Shown: piece by piece, positions 20,706 to 32,044 of the stretch
Position numbering within the stretch: position 1 is the stretch's first letter
Layout of the letters: the number at the start of each line of letters is the position of its first letter
Origin: Escherichia phage vB_vPM_PD112
Reading direction: 5' to 3' (one strand)
DNA length: 64,000 bases
Sequence record: NC_054928.1
Notes under the pieces: model-generated
What the model saw: only the letters and a program-made list of their open reading frames with translations
The model's database searches: none
Told to the model about the DNA's origin: nothing
Made by a program: the position numbers and the translations under genes

Positions 20706-23700
20706 ATGGCCGAGATTAAAAGAAAGTTCAGAGCAGAAGATGGTCTGGACGCAGGTGGCGATAAAATAATCAACGTAGCTTTAGCTGATCGTACCGTAGG
20801 AACTGACGGTGTTAACGTTGATTACTTAATTCAAGAAAACACAGTTCAACAATATGATCCAACTCGTGGATATTTAAAAGATTTTGTAATCATTTATGAT
20901 AACCGCTTTTGGGCTGCTATAAATGATATTCCAAAACCAGCAGGAGCTTTTAATAGTGTACGCTGGAGAGCGTTACGTACCGATGCTAATTGGACAACTG
21001 TTTCATCAGGACCTTATCAATTAAAATCAGGCGAATCAATTTCAGTTGATACTGCAGCTGGTAATGACATTACATTTACTTTGCCATCTTCTCCAATTGA
21101 TGGAGATACTATCGTTCTTCAAGATATTGGTGGAAAACCTGGTGTTAACCAAGTTTTAATTGTAGCTCCAGTGCAAAGCATTGTAAACTTCAGAGGCGAA
21201 CAAGTACGTTCAGTACTAATGACTCATCCAAAATCGCAGATAGTTTTAATTTTTAGTAATCGTCTGTGGCAAATGTATGTTGCTGATTATAGCAGAGAAG
21301 CTGTAGTCGTAACACCGGCAAGTCTTTATCAGGCGCAATCTAACGATTTTATCGTACGTAGATTTACTTCTGCTGCACCAATTAATGTTAAACTTCCAAG
21401 ATTTGCTAATCATGGCGATATTATTAATTTCGTCGATTTAGATAAACTAAATCCGCTTTATCATACAATTGTTACTACATACGATGAAACGACTTCAATA
21501 CAAGAAGTTGGAACTCATTCCATTGAAGGCCGTACAACGATTGACGGTTTCTTGATGTTTGATGATAATGAGAAATTGTGGAGATTGTTTGACGGGGATA
21601 GTAAAGCACGTTTACGTATTATAACAACTAATTCTAGTATTCGTCCAAATGAAGAAGTTATGGTATTTGGTGCGAATAACGGAACAACTCAGACAATTGA
21701 ACTTCAGCTTCCGACTGATATTTCTGTTGGTGATACTGTTAAAATTTCCATGAATTACATGAGAAAAGGACACACAGTTAAAATCAAAGCTGCCGGTGAA
21801 GATAAAATTGCTTCTTCAGTTCAATTGCTGCAATTCCCAAAACGCTCAGAATATCCGCCTGAAACTAAATGGGTTACAGTTCAAGAATTAGTTTTTAATG
21901 GTGAAACTAATTATGTTCCAGTTTTAGAGCTTGCTTATATAGAAGATTCTGATGGAAAATACTGGGTTGTACAACAAAACGTGCCAACTGTAGAAAGAGT
22001 TGATTCTTTAAATGATTCTACTAGAGCAAGATTAGGCGTAATTGCTTTAGCTACACAAGCTCAAGCTAATGCTGATTTAGAAAATTCTCCACAAAAAGAA
22101 TTAGCAATTACACCAGAAACATTAGCTAACCGTACTGCTACAGAAACTCGTAGAGGTATCGCAAGAATAGCAACTACTGCCCAAGTGAACCAGGACACTA
22201 CATTCTCTTTTGCTGATGATATTATCATCACTCCTAAAAAGCTGAATGAAAGAACTGCTACAGAAACTCGTAGAGGTGTTGCTGAAATTGCTACGCAGCA
22301 AGAAACTAACGCAGGTACTGATGATACTACAATCATCACTCCTAAAAAGCTTCAAGCTCGTCAAGGTTCTGAATCATTATCTGGTATTGTAACCTTTGTA
22401 TCTACTGCAGGTGCTACTCCAGCTTCTAGCCGTGAATTAAATGGTACGAATGTTTATAATAAAAACACTGATAATTTAGTTGTTTCGCCTAAAGCTTTAG
22501 ATCAGTATAAAGCTACTCCAACACAGCAAGGTGCAGTAATTTTAGCAGTTGAAAGTGAAGTAATTGCTGGACAAAGCCAAGAAGGATGGGCAAATGCGGT
22601 TGTAACGCCAGAAACGTTACATAAAAAGACATCAACTGATGCAAGAATTGGTTTAATTGAAATTGCTACGCAAAGTGAAGTTAATACAGGAACTGATTAT
22701 ACTCGTGCAGTCACTCCGAAAACTTTAAATGACCGTATAGCAACTGAAAGTTTAAGTGGTATAGCTGAAATTGCTACGCAAGTTGAATTCGACGCAGGCG
22801 TCGACGATACTCGTATCTCTACACCATTAAAAATTAAAACCAGATTTAATAGTACTGATCGTACTTCTGTTGTTGCTCTATCTGGATTAGTTGAATCAGG
22901 AACTCTCTGGGACCATTATACCCTTAATATTCTTGAAGCAAATGAGACACAACGTGGTACACTTCGTGTAGCTACACAAGTTGAAGCTGCTGCAGGAACA
23001 TTGGATAATGTTTTAATAACTCCTAAAAAGCTTTTAGGTACTAAATCTACCGAATCGCAGGAAGGTGTTATTAAAGTTGCAACTCAGTCTGAAACTGTAG
23101 CTGGAACGTCAGCAAATACTGCTGTATCTCCAAAAAATTTAAAATGGATTGTGCAGAGTGAACCTACTTGGGCAGCTACTACCCTGGTAAGAGGTTTTGT
23201 TAAAACTTCATCTGGTTCAATTACATTCGTTGGTAATGATACGGTAGGTTCAACACAGTCATTAGAATTATACGAGAAAAATAGCTATGCAGTATCGCCA
23301 TATGAATTAAACCGTGTATTAGCAAATTATTTGCCATTAAAAGCAAAAGCTGTAGATAGTAATTTACTGGATGGTCTAGATTCATCTCAGTTCATTCGTA
23401 GGGATATTGCACAAACGGTTAATGGTTCACTAACCTTAACCCAACAAACGAATCTGAGTGCCCCTCTTGTATCATCTAGTACTGCTACGTTTGGTGGATC
23501 AGTTTCAGCAAATAGTACACTAACCATTTCTAATACTGGAACAGCAACTCGTCTGATTTTTGAGAAAGGACCTCAAACTGGGACGAACCCAGCTCAAACG
23601 ATGACAGTCAGCGTGTGGGGGAATCAATTTAGTGGGGGATCAGATACAACACGTTCTACCGTATTTGAAGTTAGTGATGAAACATCTTATCACTTTTATT

Positions 23701-24575
23701 CTCAACGCGATAAAGATGGTAATATAGCATTTAGCATTAATGGTACTGTAATGCCAATAAATGTGAATGCTTTAGGTTCTTTGAATGCGAATGGCGTTGC
23801 AACATTCGGTAGTTCAGTTACTGCTAATGGCGAATTTATCAGTAAATCATCGAATGCTTTTAGAGCAATAAACGGTGATTATGGATTCTTTATTCGTAAT
23901 GATGCTGCTAACACCTATTTTATGCTTACTGCATCTGGCGATCAGACTGGTGGATTTAATGGATTACGTCCATTATCAATTAATAATCAATCTGGTCAGG
24001 TTACAATTGGTGAAAGCTTAATTATTGCCAAAGGTGCTACTATAACTTCAGGTGGTTTAACTGTCAACTCGAGAATTCGTTCTCAGGGTACTAAAACCTC
24101 TGATTTATATACTCGTGCGCCAACATCTGATACTGTAGGATTCTGGTCAATCGATATTAATGATTCAGCCACTTATAACCAGTTCCCGGGTTATTTTAAG
24201 ATGGTTGAAAAAACTAATGAAGTGACTGGGCTTCCATACTTAGAACGCGGCGAAGAGGTTAAATCTCCTGGTACGTTGACTCAGTTTGGTAACACACTCG
24301 ATTCGCTTTACCAAGATTGGATTACTTATCCAACGACCCCAGAAGCGCGCACCACTCGCTGGACGCGTACATGGCAGAAAACCAAAAACTCTTGGTCAAG
24401 TTTTGTTCAGGTATTTGATGGGGGTAACCCTCCTCAGCCATCTGATATTGGTGCTTTACCATCTGATAATGCTATAATGGGGAATCTTACTATTCGTGAT
24501 TTCTTACGAATTGGTAATGTTCGCATTATTCCTGACCCAGTGAATAAAACGGTTAAATTTGAATGGGTTGAATAA
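20706..24575 (+). CDS. 34: long tail fibre proximal subunit gp34
   Basis: 1289 aa, same length as T4 gp34; internal repeated TPxxL...ATQ motifs. Confidence 0.95.
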   Translation: MAEIKRKFRAEDGLDAGGDKIINVALADRTVGTDGVNVDYLIQENTVQQYDPTRGYLKDFVIIYDNRFWAAINDIPKPAGAFNSVRWRALRTDANWTTVSSGPYQLKSGESISVDTAAGNDITFTLPSSPIDGDTIVLQDIGGKPGVNQVLIVAPVQSIVNFRGEQVRSVLMTHPKSQIVLIFSNRLWQMYVADYSREAVVVTPASLYQAQSNDFIVRRFTSAAPINVKLPRFANHGDIINFVDLDKLNPLYHTIVTTYDETTSIQEVGTHSIEGRTTIDGFLMFDDNEKLWRLFDGDSKARLRIITTNSSIRPNEEVMVFGANNGTTQTIELQLPTDISVGDTVKISMNYMRKGHTVKIKAAGEDKIASSVQLLQFPKRSEYPPETKWVTVQELVFNGETNYVPVLELAYIEDSDGKYWVVQQNVPTVERVDSLNDSTRARLGVIALATQAQANADLENSPQKELAITPETLANRTATETRRGIARIATTAQVNQDTTFSFADDIIITPKKLNERTATETRRGVAEIATQQETNAGTDDTTIITPKKLQARQGSESLSGIVTFVSTAGATPASSRELNGTNVYNKNTDNLVVSPKALDQYKATPTQQGAVILAVESEVIAGQSQEGWANAVVTPETLHKKTSTDARIGLIEIATQSEVNTGTDYTRAVTPKTLNDRIATESLSGIAEIATQVEFDAGVDDTRISTPLKIKTRFNSTDRTSVVALSGLVESGTLWDHYTLNILEANETQRGTLRVATQVEAAAGTLDNVLITPKKLLGTKSTESQEGVIKVATQSETVAGTSANTAVSPKNLKWIVQSEPTWAATTLVRGFVKTSSGSITFVGNDTVGSTQSLELYEKNSYAVSPYELNRVLANYLPLKAKAVDSNLLDGLDSSQFIRRDIAQTVNGSLTLTQQTNLSAPLVSSSTATFGGSVSANSTLTISNTGTATRLIFEKGPQTGTNPAQTMTVSVWGNQFSGGSDTTRSTVFEVSDETSYHFYSQRDKDGNIAFSINGTVMPINVNALGSLNANGVATFGSSVTANGEFISKSSNAFRAINGDYGFFIRNDAANTYFMLTASGDQTGGFNGLRPLSINNQSGQVTIGESLIIAKGATITSGGLTVNSRIRSQGTKTSDLYTRAPTSDTVGFWSIDINDSATYNQFPGYFKMVEKTNEVTGLPYLERGEEVKSPGTLTQFGNTLDSLYQDWITYPTTPEARTTRWTRTWQKTKNSWSSFVQVFDGGNPPQPSDIGALPSDNAIMGNLTIRDFLRIGNVRIIPDPVNKTVKFEWVE

Positions 24576-24583
24576 GAGGTATT

Positions 24584-25699
24584 ATGGAAAAATTTATGGC
24601 AGAGTTTGGACAAGGATATGTCCAAACGCCATTTTTATCGGAAAGTAATTCAGTAAGATATAAAATAAGTATAGCGGGTTCTTGCCCGCTTTCTACAGCA
24701 GGACCATACGTTAAATTTCAGGATAATCCTATCGGAAGTCAAACATTTAGCGCAGGCCTTCATTTAAGAGTTTTTGACCCTTCTACAGGAGCATTAGTTG
24801 ATAATAAGTCATATGCTTTTTCGACTTCAAATGATACTACATCTGCCGCTTTTGTTAGCTTCATGAATTCTATTTCAAGCAATAGACTTGTTGCTATATT
24901 AACTAACGGAAAGGTTAATTTTCCTCCTGAAGTAGTATCTTGGTTAAGAACCGCAGGAACGTCTGCTTTTCCATCTGACTCTATATTGTCAAGATTTGAC
25001 GTATCATATGCTGCTTTTTACACTTCTTCTAAAAGAGCTATTGCATTAGAACATGTTAAACTAAGTAATAGAAAAAGCACAGATGACTATCAAACTATTT
25101 TAGATGTTGTATTTGATAGTTTAGAAGACGTTGGAGCTACGGGATTTCCTAAAAGAACATACGAAAGCGTTGAGCAATTTATGTCAGCGGTTGGTGGAAC
25201 TAATAACGAAATTGCACGTTTACCAACTTCATCCGCGATAAGTAAACTCTCTGATTATAATTTAATTCCTGGTGATGTTCTTTATCTTAAAGCACAGCTA
25301 TATGCTGATGCTGATTTACTTGCGCTTGGAACTACAAATATATCTATCCGTTTTTATGATGAATCGAATGGATATATTTCTTCAACACATGCTGAGTTTA
25401 CCGGACAAGCTGAGTCATGGGAATTAAAGGAAGATTATGTAGTTATTCCAGAAAATGCAGTAGGATTTACGATATATGCACAAAGAACTGCACAAGCAGG
25501 TCAAGGTGGTATGAGAAATTTAAGCTTTTCTGAAGTATCAAGAAATGGCGGAATTTCAAAACCTGCTGAATTTGGCGTCAATGGTATTCGAGTTAATTAT
25601 GTCTGTGAATCTGCTTCACCTCCGGATATAATGGTACTTCCTACACAAGCATCGTCTAAAACTGGTAAAGTATTTGGGCAAGAATTTAGAGAAGTTTAA
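24584..25699 (+). CDS. 35: long tail fibre hinge protein gp35
   Basis: 371 aa; position and size. Confidence 0.85.
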   Translation: MEKFMAEFGQGYVQTPFLSESNSVRYKISIAGSCPLSTAGPYVKFQDNPIGSQTFSAGLHLRVFDPSTGALVDNKSYAFSTSNDTTSAAFVSFMNSISSNRLVAILTNGKVNFPPEVVSWLRTAGTSAFPSDSILSRFDVSYAAFYTSSKRAIALEHVKLSNRKSTDDYQTILDVVFDSLEDVGATGFPKRTYESVEQFMSAVGGTNNEIARLPTSSAISKLSDYNLIPGDVLYLKAQLYADADLLALGTTNISIRFYDESNGYISSTHAEFTGQAESWELKEDYVVIPENAVGFTIYAQRTAQAGQGGMRNLSFSEVSRNGGISKPAEFGVNGIRVNYVCESASPPDIMVLPTQASSKTGKVFGQEFREV

Positions 25700-25704
25700 A
25701 TTGA

Positions 25705-25730
25705 GGGAGCCTTCGGGTTCCCTTTTTCTT
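25705..25730 (+). terminator. Rho-independent terminator after gene 35 (UUCG-loop hairpin plus U-run)
   Basis: gggagccttcgggttccc followed by tttttc. Confidence 0.6.
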
Positions 25731-25738
25731 TATAAATA
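25731..25738 (+). promoter_or_regulatory. late promoter TATAAATA for gene 36
   Basis: Exact TATAAATA 24 nt upstream of gene 36 ATG. Confidence 0.65.
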
Positions 25739-25761
25739 CTATTAAAATAAAGGGGCATACA

Positions 25762-26418
25762 ATGGCTGATTTAAAAGTAGGTTCAACAACTGGAGGCTCT
25801 GTCATTTGGCATCAAGGAAATTTTCCATTGAATCCAGCCGGTGACGATGTACTCTATAAATCATTTAAAATATATTCAGAATATAATAAACCACAAGCTG
25901 CTGATAACGATTTCGTTTCTAAAGCTAATGGTGGTACGTATTTAAATAAAGTAATTTTTAATAAAGGAATGACTGTTCCTGGTGCAGGGTCAGGTGACAA
26001 TGGTATTTTTGCTGGTCCTGGTGATAATGCCACGTATGATACTACAAATATGGATATTGTTTCTTGGTATGGTATTGGTTTTAAATCATCACAAGGAACA
26101 GCAGGTAGAACTGTAGTAATTAACACGCGAAATGGAGATATTAGCTCAAAGGGTGTAATTGAAGCATCACAAATACGCGCAACTTCATTATCACCAGTAA
26201 ATAATTATGACCTTACACGGAAAGATTATGTTGATGGAGCAATAAATATTGTTACAGCAAACGCAAACTCTAGGGTATTACGCTCTGGAGACACTATGAC
26301 AGGAAATTTGACTGCGCCAAACCTTTTTTCACAGAATCCTGCATCTCAACCCTCGCATGTTCCGCGATTTGACCAAATTGTTATTAAGGATTCTGTTCAA
26401 GATTTCGGCTATTATTAA
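25762..26418 (+). CDS. 36: long tail fibre distal connector gp36
   Basis: 218 aa; position and size. Confidence 0.85.
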   Translation: MADLKVGSTTGGSVIWHQGNFPLNPAGDDVLYKSFKIYSEYNKPQAADNDFVSKANGGTYLNKVIFNKGMTVPGAGSGDNGIFAGPGDNATYDTTNMDIVSWYGIGFKSSQGTAGRTVVINTRNGDISSKGVIEASQIRATSLSPVNNYDLTRKDYVDGAINIVTANANSRVLRSGDTMTGNLTAPNLFSQNPASQPSHVPRFDQIVIKDSVQDFGYY

Positions 26419-26426
26419 GAGGACTT

Positions 26427-29400
26427 ATGGCTACTTTAAAACAAATACAATTTAAAAGAAGCAAAACTGCAGGAGCACGTCCTGCCGCTTCAGTATTAGC
26501 CGAAGGTGAATTGGCTATAAACTTAAAAGACCGCGTACTTTTTACTAAAGATGACCAAGGAAATATTATTGATCTTGGTTTTGCTAAGGGCGGTAGTATT
26601 GACGGGAATGTTATTCATATAGGAAATTATAATCAAACTGGTGATTATACTTTAAATGGCACCTTCACTCAGACAGGTAATTTTAATTTAACTGGTATTG
26701 CTCGAGTAACTCGCGATATTATTGCCGCCGGGCAGATTATGACTGAGGGCGGAGAACTTATTACAAAAAGTTCAGGTACAGCGCATGTTCGTTTTTTCGA
26801 TGGCAATAGCCGCGAACGTGGAATCATTTATGCCCCGGCTAATGATGGTTTAACTACACAAGTACTTAATATCAGGGTTCAAGATTATGCTGCAGGAAGC
26901 GAAAGCACCTATGCATTTTCAGGCAGTGGACTATTTACTTCACCTGAAGTATCAGCATGGAAATCTATTTCGTCTCCACAAATTCTAACCAACAAAGTCA
27001 TTACTAATAATAAATCTACGGGCGATTATGACATCTATTCGATGGCAGACAATGTTCCACTGTCTGAAAGCACTACTGCTATTAATCATCTACGTGTCAT
27101 GCGCAATGCAGTTGGTTCTGGTATTTTCCATGAAGTTAAAGATAATGATGGAATAACATGGTATAGTGGAAATGGATTAGACGCTTATCTTTGGTCATTT
27201 ACTTGGAGCGGCGGAATTAAATCAAGTCACTCAATTTCCATCGGTTTAACATCCGGATCTAAGGATTACTCAATATTAGGACCGTCTAGTATCGCTTTAG
27301 GAGATAATGATACTGGATTTAAATGGCATCAGGACGGATATTATTTCAGCGTTAATAATGGAACAAAAACGTTTTTATTTAGTCCTAGCGAAACAACTAG
27401 CCTAAGAAAATTTGTAGTTGGATATTCTACTAACGGAACCGATTTAACGACTCCTCCAACTGAAAACTACGCTCTTGCTACTGTCGTGACATATCACGAT
27501 AATAACGCGGTTGGAGATGGTCAAACTCTTTTAGGATATTACCAAGGCGGTAACTATCATCACTATTTCCGTGGTAAAGGTACTACAAACATTAATACTC
27601 ACGGCGGTTTGTTAGTCACTCCTGGTAATATTGACGTTATTGGTGGTTCTGTTAATATTGATGGTCGTAATAATTCTTCTACGCTGATGTTTAGAGGTAA
27701 CACAACTGGTAGCAGTTCAGTTGATAATATGACAATTTCTGTATGGGGTAATACCTTTATTAATCCTAGTGAAGGCACCCGTAAAAATGTCATGGAAATT
27801 TCTGACGCAACTAGTTGGATGAGCTATATTCAACGAACAACTGCAGGTAAAGTCGAATCGGTTATAAATGGCACCCAGATTGTTAATGAAAACTTGACAG
27901 TAGTAAAAAATGCTACATTTGACGGTACAATCAGCGCAGCCGGTGAAATCGCGACAAATGCTGTAAATGGTCTTCGCATTTGGAATGCAGATTATGGAGC
28001 CATTTTTAGACGTTCAGAAGGCAGTCTTCATATTATTCCTACAGCATTTGGCGAAGGACAGAATGGTGATATCGGCCCACTTCGTCCATTTAGTATATCT
28101 TTAGATACAGGTAAGGTTGTTATTCCTGACTTGGATTTGAGTTATGCTTCTTTTGCAGCAAACGGCTATATTAAATTCGGTGGACATGGTGCAGGTGCAG
28201 GCGGTTACGATATTCAATATGCACAAGCAGCTCCTGTTTTCCAAGAAATTGATGATGACGCGGTAAGTAAATATTATCCTATTGTTAAGCAGAAATTCTT
28301 ACAAGGAAAAGCTGTTTGGTCTTTAGGTACTGAAATTAATTCCGGGACTTTTGTTTTGCATCATTACAAAGAAGATGGTTCACAAGGCCATACGTCTCGT
28401 TTTAATCAAGACGGTACTGTTAACTTCCCAGATAACGTTTCTGTCGGCGGAGGTGAAGCTACTATTGCTCGCAATGGTAACATCTGGTCTGATATCTGGA
28501 AACCGTTTACTTCTGCTGGTGATACTACAAATATTCGTGATGCTATTGCGACTCGTGTTTCGAAAGAAGGCGATACAATGACCGGTAGGTTGACTTTATC
28601 TGCTGGAAATGATGCCCTTGTTTTAACTGCAGGCGTGGGCGCTTCATCGCACATCCGTAGTGATGTAGGTGGTACAAATAATTGGTATATAGGCAAAGGC
28701 GGCGGCGACAATGGTCTAGGTTTTTACAGTTACATTACACAAGGCGGTGTATACATAACAAATAACGGCGAAATAGCGCTTTCTCCTCAAGGTCAAGGAA
28801 CATTTAATTTTAATAGAGACCGCCTTCATATAAACGGTACACAATGGGTTGCGCATCAATCTGGCGCCTGGGGCGACCAATGGGGTTTAGAAGCTCCTAT
28901 ATTTGTAGATTTTGGATCCGTCAGCAATGACTGCTATTATCCTATTATTAAAGGAAAATCTGGTATTACTAACGAAGGATATTTTTCCGGCGTAGATTTT
29001 GGTATGCGACGCATTACTAATACCTGGGCGCAAGGTATTATTCGTGTAGGTAACCAGGAAAATGGCCATGACCCACAAGCTATCTATGAATTCCACCACA
29101 ATGGAGTTATGTATGTTCCTAACATGGTTAAAACTGGAAGATTATCAGCTGGCGGTGGTGACCCTGTATGGGGCGGCGCGTGTCTTGCTATTGGTGATAA
29201 TGATACAGGATTAGTTCATGGTGGTGATGGTCGTATTAACATGTTTGCCGATGGTGTTCATATTGCGTCATGGGGGTCTCAACGTCTGGCACATGAGGGG
29301 TTATGGGATTCATACGGTGCTTTTTGGACAGAAGTCGGTAAAGCAATTGTTTCTCATGGGCATCTCGTTCAGGCAAATGATAGCTATTCAACGTTTGTCC

Positions 29401-29753
29401 GTGATGTTTATGTCCGTTCTGATATTCGCGTTAAAAAAGACCTCGTTAAATTTGAAAATGCTTCTCAGAAGCTTTCTAAAATTAACGGTTACACTTATAT
29501 GCAGAAGCGAGGCCTAGATGAAGAAGGCAATCAGAAATGGGAACCTAACGCCGGTTTGATAGCTCAAGAAGTTCAAGCTATTTTGCCAGAATTAGTTGAA
29601 GGTGACCCTGATGGCGAAGCTTTACTTCGTTTGAACTATAACGGTGTAATTGGTTTAAATACAGCTGCAATCAATGAGCATACTGCAGAAATTGCAGAAC
29701 TTAAATCAGAAATCGAAGAACTTAAAGCATTAGTTAAATCGTTGTTAAAATAA
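26427..29753 (+). CDS. 37: long tail fibre distal subunit gp37 with C-terminal intramolecular chaperone-like domain (S74-like SDxRxK motif)
   Basis: 1108 aa; C-terminus [11 protein letters not shown]...[16 protein letters not shown] plus terminal coiled coil. Confidence 0.9.
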   Translation: MATLKQIQFKRSKTAGARPAASVLAEGELAINLKDRVLFTKDDQGNIIDLGFAKGGSIDGNVIHIGNYNQTGDYTLNGTFTQTGNFNLTGIARVTRDIIAAGQIMTEGGELITKSSGTAHVRFFDGNSRERGIIYAPANDGLTTQVLNIRVQDYAAGSESTYAFSGSGLFTSPEVSAWKSISSPQILTNKVITNNKSTGDYDIYSMADNVPLSESTTAINHLRVMRNAVGSGIFHEVKDNDGITWYSGNGLDAYLWSFTWSGGIKSSHSISIGLTSGSKDYSILGPSSIALGDNDTGFKWHQDGYYFSVNNGTKTFLFSPSETTSLRKFVVGYSTNGTDLTTPPTENYALATVVTYHDNNAVGDGQTLLGYYQGGNYHHYFRGKGTTNINTHGGLLVTPGNIDVIGGSVNIDGRNNSSTLMFRGNTTGSSSVDNMTISVWGNTFINPSEGTRKNVMEISDATSWMSYIQRTTAGKVESVINGTQIVNENLTVVKNATFDGTISAAGEIATNAVNGLRIWNADYGAIFRRSEGSLHIIPTAFGEGQNGDIGPLRPFSISLDTGKVVIPDLDLSYASFAANGYIKFGGHGAGAGGYDIQYAQAAPVFQEIDDDAVSKYYPIVKQKFLQGKAVWSLGTEINSGTFVLHHYKEDGSQGHTSRFNQDGTVNFPDNVSVGGGEATIARNGNIWSDIWKPFTSAGDTTNIRDAIATRVSKEGDTMTGRLTLSAGNDALVLTAGVGASSHIRSDVGGTNNWYIGKGGGDNGLGFYSYITQGGVYITNNGEIALSPQGQGTFNFNRDRLHINGTQWVAHQSGAWGDQWGLEAPIFVDFGSVSNDCYYPIIKGKSGITNEGYFSGVDFGMRRITNTWAQGIIRVGNQENGHDPQAIYEFHHNGVMYVPNMVKTGRLSAGGGDPVWGGACLAIGDNDTGLVHGGDGRINMFADGVHIASWGSQRLAHEGLWDSYGAFWTEVGKAIVSHGHLVQANDSYSTFVRDVYVRSDIRVKKDLVKFENASQKLSKINGYTYMQKRGLDEEGNQKWEPNAGLIAQEVQAILPELVEGDPDGEALLRLNYNGVIGLNTAAINEHTAEIAELKSEIEELKALVKSLLK

Positions 29754-29757
29754 TAAG

Positions 29758-29771
29758 AGGGGCTTCGGCCC
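29758..29771 (+). other. UUCG-tetraloop hairpin GGGGCUUCGGCCCC immediately upstream of gene 38 SD
   Basis: Perfect 5-bp stem, UUCG loop; followed by GGAGG and ATG at 29785. Confidence 0.6.
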
Positions 29772-29784
29772 CTTGGAGGTTTAT

Positions 29785-30561
29785 ATGGCAGTAGCAGGAC
29801 CGTGGGTAGGATCGTCTGCAGTAGTTAATACAGGACAAAATTGGATGGGTGGCGCGGCCCAACGATTAAGAATGGGCATTCCGTTTTGGATGAGTAATAT
29901 GATAGGTCGATCTGTTGAAATAATTCACACGCTTGGAGCAGACCATAACTTCAATGGCCAATGGTTCCGAGATAGATGTTTTGAGGCAGGTAGTGCACCT
30001 ATAGTGTTTAATATCACTGGAGATTTAGTATCATATTCTAAAGATGTTCCTTTATTCTTCATGTACGGAGATACACCGAATGAATATGTTCAACTGAATA
30101 TACATGGTGTAACGATGTATGGCCGTGGCGGTAATGGCGGTAGCAATAGTCCTGGCTCAGCTGGGGGTCATTGTATTCAAAATGATATTGGTGGGAGACT
30201 AAGAATTAATAATGGCGGAGCTATTGCTGGCGGCGGTGGCGGTGGCGGTGGCGGATATTATTCTCCTTTTTCACAAATGAGATTGACCTTTGGCGGCGGT
30301 GGCGGTCGTCCGTTCGGCGCGCCGGGCGGATCTATTGATATGCAATCAGGAGCAACTGCTGGTACTATTTCTGCACCAGGCGCTGGGTCTGTGAACGGTA
30401 TCTATAGCGGCGGGTCTGGTGGTGAAGTTGGCTCCGCAGGAGGTAGATGTAATATTCGTGGTCAAGGATATGAATACGATGGCGGTGCTGCTGGTTATGC
30501 CGTCATAGGGTCTACACCGACATGGCAAAACGTTGGAGCAATATATGGTCCAAGGGTATAA
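29785..30561 (+). CDS. 38: T2-type receptor-recognising adhesin gp38 with glycine-rich segments
   Basis: ATG at 29785 (track start is TTG-extended); poly-Gly runs [11 protein letters not shown] and [14 protein letters not shown]. Confidence 0.8.
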   Translation: MAVAGPWVGSSAVVNTGQNWMGGAAQRLRMGIPFWMSNMIGRSVEIIHTLGADHNFNGQWFRDRCFEAGSAPIVFNITGDLVSYSKDVPLFFMYGDTPNEYVQLNIHGVTMYGRGGNGGSNSPGSAGGHCIQNDIGGRLRINNGGAIAGGGGGGGGGYYSPFSQMRLTFGGGGGRPFGAPGGSIDMQSGATAGTISAPGAGSVNGIYSGGSGGEVGSAGGRCNIRGQGYEYDGGAAGYAVIGSTPTWQNVGAIYGPRV

Positions 30562-30591
30562 TTTGAATAAATATCCTTAAAAGGAGGGTCT

Positions 30592-31248
30592 ATGGCAGCA
30601 CCTAGAATATCATTTTCGCCCTCTGATATTCTGTTGGGTGTTCTAGATCGCTTGTTCAAAGATAACGCTACCGGGAAAGTTCTTGCTTCCCGGGTAGCTG
30701 TCGTAATTCTTTTGTTTATGATGGCGATTGTTTGGTATAGGGGAGATAGTTTCTTTGAGTACTATAAGCAATCAAAGTATGAAACATACAGTGAAATTAT
30801 TGAAAAGGAAAGAAATGCACGCTTTGAATCTGTCGCCCTGGAACAACTCCAGATAGTTCACATATCATCTGAGGCAGACTTTAGTGCGGTGTATTCTTTC
30901 CGCCCTAAAAACTTAAACTATTTTGTTGATATTATAGCATATGAAGGAAAATTACCTTCAACAATAAGTGAAAAATCACTTGGAGGATATCCTGTTGATA
31001 AAACTATGGATGAATATGCAGTTCATTTAAATGGACGTCATTATTATTCCGACTCAAAATTTGCTTTTTTACCAACTAAAAAGCCTACTCCCGAAATAAA
31101 TTACATGTACAGTTGTCCATATTTCAATTTGGATAATATCTATGCTGGAACAATAACCATGTACTGGTATAGAAATGATCACATAAGTAATGACCGCCTT
31201 GAATCAATATGTGCTCAGGCGGCCAGAATATTAGGAAGGGCTAAATAA
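30592..31248 (+). CDS. t: holin T
   Basis: 218 aa, single N-terminal TM segment; T4 holin size and position. Confidence 0.9.
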   Translation: MAAPRISFSPSDILLGVLDRLFKDNATGKVLASRVAVVILLFMMAIVWYRGDSFFEYYKQSKYETYSEIIEKERNARFESVALEQLQIVHISSEADFSAVYSFRPKNLNYFVDIIAYEGKLPSTISEKSLGGYPVDKTMDEYAVHLNGRHYYSDSKFAFLPTKKPTPEINYMYSCPYFNLDNIYAGTITMYWYRNDHISNDRLESICAQAARILGRAK

Positions 31249-31521
31249 TTATTTGTTCGTATACATCTCTAGATATCGATATACACCCTCAAAACCCTCG
31301 TTGAATTCGTCGATGAGGGTTTTCTTATCTTCTTGGGTTAATTCAGAAACAATTTTACGGAATGAATTCTGATTTAACTTTCTACCTTCATGCGTTACTC
31401 CAATCTCATTCAGAAATGCAATAAAATTAGCACGATTCTCAACAATATCTTCTCTGGAAAATTTAATCAAAATAGACGCAACAGTAATAATTTCACGAAC
31501 TGTATCAATGTTTTTATTCAT
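31249..31521 (-). CDS. asiA: anti-sigma70 factor AsiA
   Basis: 90 aa; matches recalled T4 AsiA. Confidence 0.9.
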   Translation of the reverse strand: MNKNIDTVREIITVASILIKFSREDIVENRANFIAFLNEIGVTHEGRKLNQNSFRKIVSELTQEDKKTLIDEFNEGFEGVYRYLEMYTNK

Positions 31522-31533
31522 TAACTATACCAC

Positions 31534-31686
31534 TCAATTAGTTGACTTTATTATAATACCATCAGACACTTGATTTGTAAACTGGTCTGTGTTATTTTCT
31601 TCAAAAATTTTTTCTACGAATTCCTTGAACGACTCGCGTTCCTGAGCTACATTATGCTCGATTACCTTTTCAAGATTATGACTCAT
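31534..31686 (-). CDS. small ORF (asiA.1 position), 50 aa
   Basis: Own translation; ATG overlaps arn stop (ATGA); not in ORF track. Confidence 0.4.
   Translation of the reverse strand: MSHNLEKVIEHNVAQERESFKEFVEKIFEENNTDQFTNQVSDGIIIKSTN
31551..31583 (-). promoter_or_regulatory. T4 early-type promoter for asiA
   Basis: gtaaac 31577-31582 and ataata 31553-31558 on plus strand. Confidence 0.5.
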
Positions 31687-31961
31687 TCGAAATAATCTTC
31701 AATTTCGTAATCATGGACATAAATCATTATAGTTTTTAATACATCATCGATACTTTTTCCTGGAGCTGGAATTACGTAAAAATATCCTGCTTTTGAGAGG
31801 TCTTTATAAGTTCCAACCAAGAAATCATTATTCTCGAGATGTAGTTCTTCAACTAATTCATTAACAATTGAGTGGTATAAATTTGGTAGAAACTTATATA
31901 GCTTTTCTAGAATATCAATTTTTATTGTATATTGAACTACAGATTGAGAATCAATAATCAT
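31683..31961 (-). CDS. arn: anti-restriction nuclease Arn (McrBC inhibitor)
   Basis: 92 aa; matches recalled T4 Arn size and position. Confidence 0.8.
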   Translation of the reverse strand: MIIDSQSVVQYTIKIDILEKLYKFLPNLYHSIVNELVEELHLENNDFLVGTYKDLSKAGYFYVIPAPGKSIDDVLKTIMIYVHDYEIEDYFE

Positions 31962-32044
31962 AGACCTTCCCCTTATGTTTCTGTTTGCGATTAGATTCTT
32001 TAAACGCTTTCTTCTTATCTTTATGGACAGAAGCTCTATTAAAA

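Noticed and set aside
22061-22364. Two minus-strand ORFs (92 and 80 aa) inside gene 34
   Set aside because: They are antisense to the repeat region of gp34 and are low-complexity artefacts of the repeats.
27599-29517. Several ORFs on both strands within gene 37 (27599..27793, 28351..28581, 28406..28711, 28887..29099, 29218..29517)
   Set aside because: All are fully embedded in the long gp37 frame with no start signals; treated as chance ORFs.
30220-30320. Repetitive GGC/GGT tracts in gene 38 that could be mistaken for a simple-sequence repeat or CRISPR-like array
   Set aside because: They are in frame and encode the poly-glycine linkers of the adhesin; no spacer-repeat architecture.
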